Assembly: GCA_964187785.1 (NCBI GenBank)
Contig: OZ076409.1
Coordinates: 46,006,001-46,070,000 of the forward strand
DNA from: Amphiscolops sp. MND2022
Taxonomy: Eukaryota
Direction: 5' to 3'
DNA length: 64,000 bases
Under the pieces are notes generated by a model, which had not been told where the DNA came from, searched no databases, and saw only the letters and a program-made list of their open reading frames with translations. Shown here one piece after another: positions 24,748 to 36,816 of this stretch (within the stretch, counting starts at the first letter, position 1; every line of letters begins with the position of its first letter). The translations under genes and the position numbers were made by a program.

Positions 24748-27036
24748 CTACTCCGGCCCTATGCTCAAAATGGACACGTACACGCGGTTATGCAGCACAA
24801 CGTGAATGCCAGTGCCCTCAAGCAAATTCGTTAGGGTATGGTACAGGTTTACCAGTGAGAGGGCGGGTCGCTCTGGATCCAGTATAGGTAGGTGGACCCT
24901 CGTGGATCCTTTCTCTATCAAACGCTGTATCAAGTGCGTCATACAACGTAGGTAATCCTCGGTGAGCAGCGGCGCACGCTGATTTGCTCTAATTATCAGT
25001 AAGTGAATACTCTGATTGGGGTTTGGGTTGATATCAGAGGGAATGGTGAGAATCTCTCCCACCTTGGGACGTAGGGAGAACACATTCTCCTTGCCACACT
25101 CCCGTAGCACGTACCGTAGGGCGGCTGAGTTGGTCTCTAGGTCAGCGGGACACGCTAACACCATATCACCTTCTACTTGTAGAAAATCAGTCACATCATA
25201 TGAGAGGTGCTCTGTTGGGGCTGGATACAGAACTCCCGGGTAGATAATTTCTCTTCCCGGCCCATTGTCGGCGGGTAAGCATACGCGGGGCGTGCGCCCC
25301 TGGATTGCAGCCAGGTCTTGCCACACCGAGCGTGGCATCGCTCGATTATCACTGCTCGCTTTGACCCATGTGTCCAGGGTGCTCAAAGCGGCTTTTGGGG
25401 GAAGCGGAATTTCGAATGTATGAGTCCACTCGTCCAGCAATCTAATGCGAGGATAATTGGTGAAACAAGTGATGATTAGTTCCAACCACCACGCGAACTT
25501 CACTTTGCCACGATACCAGTCTATAATGTGGAAGCAAAGTATCAAGTCCGCAGTAGTGAGGGTCCTCAGACCTTCCAAGCAGGACAGCAGGTGCAGTGGT
25601 TCCACTATTGCCTCCACTCGTGGAGCAGTAACCAGCAACCACCAGTGCGGTGATGGGCTGTATACTCCGCCCGGGTTCACGTGAATTCCGTATTTGTCAC
25701 AGAGAAGATCAGCGGTGATGCATCGGACCATTTGCACAGGTTCCCGCTCGAAGTTGAAGGGTCCAAACGCAATATTGCTGGGTACTGGGGGCATCACCGT
25801 AGCGAGGGTAAACTCTAGCCCTTTTCCGTCGCTAGTCCACTCCTTGAATCGAGGGCATGGAGCTTTTGCTACTCCAGGTGATGATAACTTCTCCAGAATA
25901 GTATCCAAGGGATAGTCTCCGCATCGTTCCAGGGAGGAATAAGTCTTTTCAGCTCTCACCGTAAGGCGATGCACTAGATTTTCCCCCCGTTCCGGAGGAA
26001 CTCCCCGGGCTCCAGTGGGAACCCTCCGGTTCTCATTGACGGCTAGCAAGCAGACACAGTCTCGCAGCCCACAGGTCCCGCATTTGTAGCGTGGCTGCCG
26101 CTTGCTTCTCAACTGGTATCGAGGGACTTCAGAAGCCTCGGTCGGCATTGTTGTTTCCGATGGCATTGTTGTTGTTATTTCCTTCTTCCTTGTTCTTGCC
26201 TTCGCTCTGACCAGCCGTTTTCGCGTTTTGGGTGGTCTCCCCCTCCCCCTTTTGAGAGAAGGAGCGGTCCCCGTTCCGGGCAATGTCGTGGGAAGAGTAG
26301 GCACATTGGACTGAGCGTCGTTATCCTCGGTGGGGGACTTCAGAGGGAGGGATGGAGCGGCCGGCCAATTGGGATAGTTATTGAGGAAACTAGTCAGTGA
26401 TGGATTTGTCAATAATGGGGCCCATGTTCCCAATAATGAGGGCTGTTTTTCGGGAGAGGATATTTGTGGTGACGGAGAGCGCGCGCGCTCATGGTCTGAG
26501 AATAGTTGAGGTAGATGATGGGTAGGTGATATTGATTGATCTGAAGGGGGGTGGGGGACTTCGAGCTCCCTACGATCAGCATCAACGGGATCAGGAGGTA
26601 CCGGCAACATGATTTCGGATAACTCATCGTCAGTGCCCGAGGTCGAGTAGTCGAACTGCTGGTAGTGCATGCGGGAACCTCCAGCACGCAACTTTGTGCG
26701 TAGACGGGTATCCATCCAATAGTGCTTGCGCGAAGGCAAGGATACGTCAGATGCTTCTGAAAGCAGTTGTTCAGTTTTATATGAAGGCTGAGACTTATCA
26801 TCGTCAACCACATCGATAGAACGTTCAGGGTCAGGGTCCATGAGTACCACTATTTCGCCGCTGTCCGCTTGCGCGGTGGCGAGCTCAAGGGGCCCACTGT
26901 GATGAGGTTTCAGGCGCTCAAAATGAACCTTTTGGCCTGTGTCCAACACGTAGACACGTCCTTCTTGGAAGACCTGTACTACTTTATGCGGGCCACACCA
27001 GGCACGCATCAGTTTGGGGGAGCCTTTTTGCGGCAC
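24748..27036 (-). pseudogene. Integrase C-terminal extension (GPY/F-like region, AT-hook, Cys cluster, two macrodomain-like units)
   Basis: In frame with the IN core across a single TAA at 27037. Motifs: WCGPHKV...VHFERLKP; KRGRGRPPK; CGTCGLRDCVC; OARD1-like C-terminus. Confidence 0.85.
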
Positions 27037-27910
27037 TTAGCGGCAAAAAACCCAGACAAGCTCTCCTGGCTGGTAGGCTCGTGCCCGAATAGCACGATCA
27101 TTTTTCAATTTTTGGCGTAGCTGGGCCTCGTGCGTATTGCACCGGACCAAGTCGTGAATTTCTTGTTGGCGAGCCAACACATGATCCACATACGCCTCAT
27201 GCGTATCAAAGGACTTGGCTGCAAATTCAGGGTACAAAAAGGTGAGGGGGATTGCTTTCTCAACACCTTTAGTCAACATGTAGGGCCAGAAGCCTGTAGT
27301 GGCGTGCCTGGTAGAATTATAGGCACCGATCACTTCATCTAAGCATTGGTCCCAGTCGCGCATGCGGCGCGAGCAAAAGACTCGCAATAAGGTTAGAAGG
27401 GTGCGGTTTTGCCGTTCCACCAAACCTTGAGTTCGTGGATGTCCGGCGGTGGAGGTCACTTTAGTGACGTGGGCTGCCTTTAAGAACTCATTAGAGACTT
27501 CAGCAGTAAGGTTGGGAGCATTGTCTGATTGCATGCGAGTGGGAGTGCCGTGGCGGGCAAACCATTTCTGCAGCAGCAATCGTGAGGTGGTCACTGCGTC
27601 ATAGTCGTGGTGACTACAAGGGACTGCCTCTGCGAATTTAGAGAAATGATCTATGATGACCAAAATGCCGGTGTTGTTATTATCAGAGGGGCAGATTTTT
27701 AAGTGGTCATACTGGACCAACTCGTTGAAGTAGCCACTCTGAATGTTTTTCAGTTGAAATCGTACGTCACCAGGCTTGTCACGTACTTGTTGGCAGGTGA
27801 GGCACTGGCCGACGTATCGACCGACACTGCGCCGGGCAAAGTGTGGCGCTCTTGAATTCGAGCTACCACTTTTGAGATACCTTGGTGTCCCATGGGGTCG
27901 TGCGCACGGA
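27037..27910 (-). pseudogene. Integrase zinc-binding and catalytic core
   Basis: HDPMGH...(frameshift)...CxxC; VQYDH, IIDHFSKF, SDNAPN, HPRTQGLVERQN (DDE). Confidence 0.95.
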
Positions 27911-29246
27911 ACAGAATCTCATGCTGGTACAGCTGAGGCATTATGATCATGCACGGACGTTCGTGCAATGGGCGTTGGGTGGGTGAGTATTGCACGCAAA
28001 GGACATCATTCTTGTTTATGAACAAGAGGTCCTTTTTCTGGCGAAAATAGTTACGTGCGAATTCACGCACGTTCTCTGGAAACACGTCGTTATCTAGGGA
28101 CTCACACTGCACGAGCTTTTTCAGTGCTAGCACATGGACGTCGCGGTTTTGGGCTAGGACCAAATCCTTGATCCCATGTACGGTATGAGTGTGTTCATGG
28201 AGCTCGGTGTCAATGTCCTTGAGGACCATGATTGACTCGCGCACGCCACAAGGAAAATCCTGAAGCGTGGCGTTATTCGTTCCCGCCACAGAATAGATAG
28301 TGCGAGAGGGGACATTTACTGCATGCGTTGGCAGCAGGTAATCCTCGCTCGCCTCGGTGGTGACGTCTATCCAGTCTTCAGGATAGTCTGGGTAGAAGTC
28401 CTCATGCTTTTGCAGCACGGGTGGAGGCTTGGGCGGTAGAGGTGCGGCTAGCGCCTTTGCCTGTCGTTCTCGCTTATTCGCTCGTTGCACACGGCGAAGC
28501 ACACGAAGTGCTTGGTCAGGAGCCTTAGGTTCCAAGTTCTGCAGATGTGGTGGTAGGTCAGGATGATTTGGAAATATTCGACCTTGCAGGTCGAACCAGG
28601 GAGCTACGGGGAGGTTGTCGAATTCCTCGGCCGAGAGGAAATTCCAACGCTCTCCTGTAGCTGGCAGCTGCGCAAGCTGCTTTTCTCGGCATCGATAATC
28701 GTTGGTTCGTTTGCTCAAGCCATCAGCATTGCGGTGTTGAGTTCGCGGTCTGTGTTCCACACGAAAGTGATACCTGTCCAGCGTCATGATCCAACGTCCA
28801 ATCAATGCTTGGTCTGTGGAGTAGGTTTTCAACCAGGATAGGGCTTGATTATCGACTCTCAGGGTGAACTTTCGGGGGCAAAGGTAGCTGTGGTATATCA
28901 GGATGAAGTAGTAGGCTGCAAACATTTCCAACTTGGGTGCCCCATATTTGGCTTGCGTGGTGGTTAATTTCTTGCTGCCGTATAAGATCGGTCGCAGGCG
29001 TCGCTCTCCTGGAGCTCCTTGCCACTGGTGTAGAATGCCGGAAATGGCAACGGCGCTGGCATCGGTGTCCAGCACAAACTCTCCTTCGGAATCAGGCTGC
29101 GCGAGCGCAGTCGCCTCGATCAATGCTTTCTTGATCTCGTTGAAGGCCTTTTGCTGGTCAGGGCCCCATGCAAACGTGGCATTCAGTCCAGTAACGGCGT
29201 GGAGGGGCGCAACCAGCTTGGCATGCCATGGGATAAATTCACGATA
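27911..29246 (-). pseudogene. RT connection, RNase H and linker
   Basis: FVLDTDASAVAISGILHQ, KLEMFA, FTLRVDNQALSWL, HRNADGLS. Confidence 0.95.
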
Positions 29247-30060
29247 TTAATTAGCGAATCCCAAAAAACTTTGCATCTCTGTCTTGTTGCGAGGGATGTC
29301 CCAGTCGCGCAGTTTGGCAACAGCCTTCGGGTCCGGCTTGACACCTTCTGCGGAGACTACGCGTCCCAGATATTTGATTTCTGATTTCATGAAGTCGCAT
29401 TTGGCTACGCGCATCTTGAAGCTAGCCTCGCGGAGGCATTCAAAGACCTCGCGCAGACGCGCCATGTGATCTTCCACAGTTTCCGTTGCTATGACCATGT
29501 CGTCGATGTATGCCATGACCATGCTGCCTTTGCGATTAACTATTTTTTGTAGCGCTCGCGCTATTTCTCGCTGGAAGGTGGCTGATGCATTGCACAAGCC
29601 GAATGGCATTCTCCGCCTTTCGAAGAGTCCCAACTCACAGGCAAAAGCTGTCTTGTGGCGGTCCGCCTTTCGCAAAGGAATTTGCCAGAAGGCCCAGGCA
29701 AGATCTATGCTAGTGTAGATCTTTGCATTGCCCAGTCACGCCAGGCTTTCGTCGATGCGGTGCAGGGGGTAGGCATCCTTAATGGTTACTTCGTTCAGCG
29801 GTCAGAAGTCACAGCAAAAACGCAACTCCCCGCTTTTCTTTTTTACCATTACGATACCACTTGCCCAAGGGGACAGTGAGGGTTGTATCATCCCTAAGGC
29901 CAGTAGGCTCCGAACCTCCTGGTTGGCTCGTTCAGCCTTTTCGGGGACATTCTGCGAGCACCTTCACGGTGCGGTACAGCCCCAGGCTCTACCTCTATCG
30001 TGTGTTTAGCAATGGTACAGCGGCCAATATCCGCCTTACGCTTCATGAATAGGTCATCAA
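29247..30060 (-). pseudogene. Reverse transcriptase (Gypsy type), with in-frame stops and a frameshift
   Basis: SPWASGIVMVKKK, RFCCDF*PLN, DLAWAFWQI, KTAF, MPFGLCNASATFQ, YIDD, YLG, FLGFAN*. Stops at ~29803, ~29737 and ~29248. Confidence 0.97.
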
Positions 30061-31110
30061 ACTCGTTAAGAATGTTGTCCAAGGACTCGCAGGCGCTAGC
30101 GCCCCAGAGTTTCTTAACTTCTTGCAATTGAGAATCGGGCCCAAGGATCGGGGCCAATAGGTCCGGATCGGTGCGCTTACGAATCTCGCGCTCCGAAAGC
30201 CCCGCTTCACTTGGATCCGTCGAAGACAAAAACTCAAATTCAGATGAAGAAGTCAACTCAGAAGCAGTGGATAGATTCATTTCACTGTACACTTTATAAA
30301 CAAAATTTGCTCGACTGTTGTCGGCTTCAGTTTTGTGGTCAGTTTCTGCAGTAGCATCCAGATTTTGGGGCACAGCCTGGTATACTAAAGACACAGGCAC
30401 TACCGTGCCCAGGTGGGCACCACATCGTACACGCTGCTGGTTGCTGGTGAGGTTTATCAGACTCACATACAATGTTCCTGTCTCACTGACAGTGGCCACG
30501 CTGTCCTCTAAAAAGATGGTATTTTGCAATGAGGGGTCAGACAACGAGGCGTTAAGCGCCACGGTCTGGAAAACTAGTGGTTCAAGCGCGTCGGTGACAA
30601 GTTTAGCCTTTGCCACTGTACGCTCGAAAGGCTGTAGGACCAGGTCACTGTCCAGAGCAATGGGAGTAGTTAGCGAAGCATCACCTACCTGGGTGTGTGC
30701 ATGATGCCAGACGGGCTTCACTGGTGCTCGCACCACTATCTTCATGGAGGTTAGGTCTACCAGGACTTGGTAGGAACAGAGGAAGTTTCGACCCAGCAGA
30801 AAGTCCTCCACACCCATTGCGTCATCTACCACGACAAAATTGGTTTCGAGTTCGTACCCTCCCAACTGGAAGCGTACCTGCTCAGCCAACCCGAAAGTCT
30901 TTATTGTCTTCCCCTTGGCAGCGTACAAATCAGATTGATAGGGTTTCAGGACCGCACCGGTCCTTGCAGCTACCCGGTTAAAGGCGGAGAAGGTTAGTAT
31001 GGACACCCCGGAACCAGTATCCACCAAGCCTCGCAGTGGGATAGGTGCCGCATGGGGCACCACAAAGGAGACAACAAGCGACGCACGCTCATCTATCCGC
31101 GCTTCCCCGG
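30061..31110 (-). pseudogene. Aspartic protease plus a degenerate dUTPase-like beta domain
   Basis: GLVDTGSGVSIL...FLLGRNFL; followed by LVLQPFERTV...VSLINLTSNQQRVRCGAHLGTVVPV. Confidence 0.9.
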
Positions 31111-34100
31111 TGGGTTCTTGTAGTTAATATTATAGCATTTCAGCTCTTGAGGTCCCAAGCATAAGCCGGGTGGGAATACATCTACCACCACACAGGCCTC
31201 GAATTTCACGTCTACGCCGTCCATCGTTGCACAGACTGGTACCGGCGAGTATGTAGTTAGGGTCTCTGACTCTCCAGGGACGTACCATTGCTTTGGGCGG
31301 GGCAACTCCATCCGGTTATAGAGGACAGATAGCTCAACCCAGAGTTTCGCCAAGGTTAGCGTTGGTCTACGCACCTGCTCGGCTGCCAGCATCAGATGAA
31401 TCGAGATCAACGTTCTCCCCTGTGGATCGAACGTGGTGGGCTCCAAGCACGTTTGGATCTGCTTTGTTCCGCATGTAACTATCAGTCGGGGATGAAACGC
31501 TGGAGGTTCCGCCGGGTGCAGCATTAACACGCGATCATCCTCCAGGGGTACAGTGTGGGCGGCCACACCAGCGGATTCCACCTCGGCCCATCGATTGTAG
31601 GCCAATTCATCATTAGGCCATGGAGCTTGAGAATGCTCACCGCAGGGGACATCCACATGGTCATAGACTCCACAGTGCGCACACTGATGAATGCCTGGAT
31701 AATTCTCCAACACGCCATCAGTTACGTCTTCAGCAGTGACTTTCACGCCTTCTGGCTCGGGAGCTGCTACTGGTTTGCGAGCCTGATCGCGGGTGGGACA
31801 GTCCCGGGCAAAATGCCCAGCTTGACCGCAATTGAAGCATGCGCCAACGGGTAGGCGTGCCGCAGGCTGCGCTGCTGCCTGATTTGGTGGGGCAATGCTC
31901 GCAGGTGGGGGAGGCATTACTCCTTGTGGTAACACCATTTTGTTGGGGGGTAGTGGCGCAAAGGGATGAGGTCTAGACCTCATTGCTAGTCTGGGGTCAT
32001 AGGGTTGAGGGAATTGGTTGGTTTTTGGACGATTGCGCTGCAATTGGCGGGTGGTGAAGCGAAGGGATTCCACCGTAGGTGGTTCGGTCAGGAAGACTTC
32101 CGAGGCATACACTATAGCAAGCTCCCGCCTCAGCGCTGGGTCTCGTACGCCTTCCATGAAGCGCTGAAGGATTTCGTAGCGCTTGGTAGTGATTGCCTCT
32201 TGCGGGAATCCTTGACTTCTAAGACCCTCTAGAGCGTCTAAATACTGCATCCAGTCTTCTTTCTCATGTTGAATGCGGCTCTGAAAGGCTTGTCGTACCC
32301 GCATACGATTTCTTCCAGCGCCAAAGCGGCTAGATAACAATTCAAACACCTTCTCGGGGGTGTCGCGTTCGGATTCTGCTTTGTTAATGATGTAGTTGCG
32401 AGCCTCACCCTCAAGGTGACCAATAATGCTCCAGGCATGGTCCTCGGCTGAGACCTTGGTTTGCGTTCTCTTCAGATATCTCTGCATAATAAGGATCCAC
32501 CCATCAATGGATCCGTCTTTGGAGCCGCGATACACATTGGGTCTCGCCTGAGCCAAGTCTCTACCGGCGAGTAAAGGCGCTAACTCTTTTGACTTCGCCT
32601 TTGATATGGCGGCCGTGAATCTCAGCTGCTCGGGGGATATGGCTTCTCCTTCTTCGATCTTAGCTTCCCCCTCACGCGTCCTGTCATGGATACCAAGAGT
32701 GGCTTGCATTGACAGGTCAGCGATTTCGTCCTTCTTGCGAGTGCTGCTGGCACAGGGAGTGCCCGAGGGCAGTCCATGATCGGCTGACAAGTCTGCGGTC
32801 AAACATAAGGAGTCTGGTCCTGACATCGAAATAGGGGCAGTTGCAAACGTTGCTCCCTCGGTTTGAGAACCTAGGGTTGCCTTGGTATTGGATAAGTCGA
32901 CTTCAACCGAAGAATCAAGGTAGATTATTGACATCGGGTCCACGCCTTGATCGCGAGTAGTGCCCTGGGCTGCAGAGGGCATTGATGACTCTGCTGAGTC
33001 GTGATGTCCGCTCATCTGCACTCGTGCAGGCTTGCGCTCTGCATCAGGCGTGGTTATCACCAAATTTCCGGCTGCTCCTTCATCTTTCCGGGGCGCAGGC
33101 ACCGTCGGTCTGGAAGCGCTAGGCTTCAACGCACTTGGCAGTTCCGGTTTCACTACTTGGCTCGAGTACGTCGGCTCCGAGACACGGACTGGATCTCCAT
33201 TCCGCACACCTCCACTGGCACTGGGCTGCCGCGGGAGTGACCTCTCACGCCTCATGACATCAATGGCATTGAGTACTGTGTGCATCTGATTGCTTAAGTC
33301 GTTGATCTGCGTTTCCACGCGCAACTCGCGAGCCATCAACATGTCATTCATCTCTCCCATCCGGTGACCCAATGTGTCCACTCGAGCATTTTGCACGTTC
33401 TGCGCGGTACGCAATTGATCACTGACTTGCAGAACCTCACGCATCGTCGTCTGCATCACTTTAATATTTTCCACGATGGCAAGATGTTGCTCATTGCACT
33501 CAGCACGAGTGCTGGCCAGACCTGCTAGAGCCCGCTGGGTTTCGGCTCGGGCATCTAATAGCGCTGCCTTGTACACCGAGGACCGTTGCGATGAGGCCAA
33601 TGAACCTGTCATACTCCTAACACGGGATGTCTCCTGACGAGGTTCGCCTGCATGCAGTTTGGGTGGTGGCACCTTCTTGTGCTTTCCGTAGGCACAGATC
33701 CGAGTAGGTCCTCGAGTGGTCCCGAGTCCTCGCGGTCTCGCGTAACTCATGCCTCCCACATAAGTGGGTCCTGCTCCATGTCGGTCTGTGAGCCGAGTTG
33801 TGCCTCTCCAGCCGGGGGTGCGCGCGAGCACCCTTCCTCAGCCACCAATTCATCGGTTGCATTCGAATTGGGCCAGCCCTCCTCCACTTCATTGGTTCTA
33901 TCGCGGCAGGTTTCGTCGACCCACTGCTCGGTTCGACGCGAATTCTCGGAAACACTTGAATTCTCGGAGGGAGGAACCATAGCGGCCAACTCCTCTTTTC
34001 GCTGTTGTTCGATAGTGACTTCATCAGACATGTCGTCTGAAAAACGCGAACCATCTATCGTGACCCACGATTGTGAACAAGTATGGGGCACCGCCATCAG

Positions 34101-34112
34101 TTCGGTGGCCAA
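31093..34112 (-). pseudogene. Gag (coiled coil, capsid-like region, CCHC knuckle) plus a degenerate protease-like module
   Basis: 912-aa ORF with IDGWILIMQRY...HLEGEARNYI...FQSRIQHEKEDWMQYLDAL (capsid-like) and CFNCGQAGHFARDC at ~31798-31839. The upstream 33747-34112 ORF is probably its broken N-terminus. Confidence 0.9.
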
Positions 34113-36783
34113 CGCGTTTTATTAATAGCGATCGAGTTACCGCTCACGATTACTCGGAAGACTCAAATTGGGTCGCCGATCGCACTAGGGTCTTCAATTC
34201 GAGGCTGATCCCTTGGTCGTCCCGGTGAGCACTTAAGAAATTTAATGCTACTCAATGTCCTAGATTTTTCGAAACACGTTCTAGAGCTCGTAGGCTGTTC
34301 AAATTTGCACAGCGTTTTCCCACAAGCACACTGGGCCAGAAAATCAACCTGGTTTACGACAAAAAGTCTCCAGTCACTCACAGGAAGAATTTCAAAGAAT
34401 TTTAGGATTTTCCAAAATTCGCACGACAACACTCAAGAGGCTCGTGTGTGCGTTAGAAGCGCTGTATCAAGCCCAAAATTGACCAGCAGATCTTAGGTGC
34501 ACGTAGATTTACAAAAATGAACACAGTTTTGAGCTGCGCCCCTTCTACACAGTTTCACCTAGGTACAGACGTGCGGTACCACTATGTACCGAAATACACT
34601 GTTTTTCACGTCTTTTTCAAGAATGCGGTCCACTGGAAAGAGCTAGCAAGCTCAAATTCTCTGCAGCAACGTAAGAACTAGCACAAGTTACGATGGTGGG
34701 CTACAATATAGCCCCACCCGTCGGCCAGGGTGCCCGGGTTACTTGGAAAAATTAAGAAAAAACTGCCTTTTTGCGCACTTTTTTGGGTGCCACGTTTTTC
34801 CTATTTTCTCAACAAGTATCACACAGTTCGGCACCAAACTTGACAGTTTATGCCAGTGGGCACCTACAATGCCACTGATATGGTCGAATTGAAGCGCGAG
34901 CGCTTATTTGAGGTTTCGACCTACTATGTACGTTGTACACGAAAAAACACTGTTTTGGACTACTTTTTTCACAAATTGACCAAGAGGATCACCTCAGAAA
35001 GTGATACGGCGGGCAAAATGGGACCAACGTGTTGCCCCACTATCCGTAGCACTGGGATAAACCCTCAATTGGTTGTGCCCGTTAGGTATAAGGCACTGAT
35101 AGTCCGGCAGTTTTGGACTTTTTCGGTCCTTTTATGCTTTTCTGAAGTCGAAACGTCAGAGAGCTTTTCTCGACTTTGGTGAGCGATACGCTCACCAAAT
35201 TTTTGGTACTAACGTTAATTTTTGTGGTGGTTACGAAAATGCAATCACTTATTGGCTAGGGTTCGGGAATCGATGACTCGACCCTAGCTTAGAGGCAGTC
35301 CGGTTTTGTGGAAAATTGATCAAATTCAGTGCGTTTTTCCACTTTTCTCAGCACTGAATGGGAGTTTTTACACGCGGTTTTCACCACCACGCGTTATTTT
35401 TACTATAAAAACAGAAGATGAGAGCGCGCGGGCTCCCAGGTCTCGAAAACACTGAGTGCCCCAGGGGTCTTGATGATGCACTCTGGCACTCCTGAAACTG
35501 GCCAAAAATCAAGGTTTTTCAACTTTTCTCTACACTGAAAAGGAGTTTTTACACGCGGTTTTCCCCACGATGCGTTGTCTTTGCTGCTAAAATCGAAAAA
35601 GAGAGCGCTCAAGCCCGCTCTCTTCGAATAAGCTTCGCTCTGGGTATTTTTGGTTAATGCACTTTCTCTGTTCGAAAATGCCAAAAATCCTAAGTTTTTC
35701 GCACTGTATCAGCACCAGGCTGCCTGAGTCCGCTACAAAAGTTGCAATTAGTATCCTGAGGGTCAACTACACTTGGGGCAATACCGTACACTGCCGTTTT
35801 GCACTTCCATACTCGTGTACGTTCACATTTTAGGTGCCTTTTTGGCCAAATTTCCACTTTTTCCACATTTTTCGGCGTCAAATTGGCACTTTTATCACAA
35901 TCAAAGGCTTCAACTTCAACTTTCGTGCCTCGTGCCGGCTTTCTCGAGCCTTGCAGCTGCTTTTTCAAAACTTTCCACCAAGCTTTCCTGGGTGCTTTGA
36001 GCACTAGTGCTCGAAACCAAGAAAAACACCAAAAAAACGCAAAAATGAGGTTTTTTCTCCAAGTGCTATCTTTTTCACAGAAAAGCACTTCGTAGGGTGT
36101 CGTTACATTTATGGTAGAACGTCACTGACCTGCACCAACAATTCTCCATCGAAAGAGGTGTATTTTCAAAATTTTTGCCAACCATACTCCATCTGAGCGA
36201 CACATCTGGTCATAGGGGGTGCATCTTCACCACGTTATTTCTCCACATCTAGACCAGACAGAAACACGCGGGTGGGACCATTAGCACCGTCTGTCGTTGC
36301 ACTTGCTGTCCACCAAAAACCATGCCTCTAGGACGTCTCCACGAGAAATGGGAATAGGAAGTAGGCAACACGAGGTTTGTCCCCTCCTTCGCCTCGCTGG
36401 AATATGGTCGACCATCCATCCGTTACCCTCTTGCATGACATAAAATGGCTGAAAATAGCTCAAAAAACCTGTTAGACACCCGTAGCCACGTGCTACGGTC
36501 CTCTGCGCCTGCAAAAAGGTACCCGCTGATGGGTACACAACACATCACACATAAAGAGCGATTTCCTTCTAAAATGCCCAAAAATACCATTTTCACACCT
36601 GAAAACACGTTTTCTTCGGCATTTTCTCTGGTTCAACGCCTCTCCCAGTTCCAGTAAGACGTAATACGACTAAAAAAGGTAAAATTCTGCTTCTCTCTCC
36701 TGTCCAGAGTCGAAAACGGGCTTGGCGCTGATCACCAGGGGGCCAGATCTTTTAAAAACTGCTAGGGAAAGCTTCCCAAGACG

Positions 36784-36801
36784 ATCCCTCTGTGGTCGCC
36801 A
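36784..36801 (-). promoter_or_regulatory. Primer-binding site, tRNA-Arg-like
   Basis: Minus-strand TGGCGACCACAGAGGGAT is complementary to a tRNA 3' end ...UCCCUCUGUGGUCG-CCA, which resembles animal tRNA-Arg(UCG). Confidence 0.75.
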
Positions 36802-36816
36802 AAAAATGAGTTTCTA

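Noticed and set aside
31093..31130. Programmed gag-pol frameshift
   Set aside because: No X-XXY-YYZ slippery heptamer at the shift, and the element has several other decay frameshifts; a 1-nt deletion is simpler. Needs a consensus to settle.
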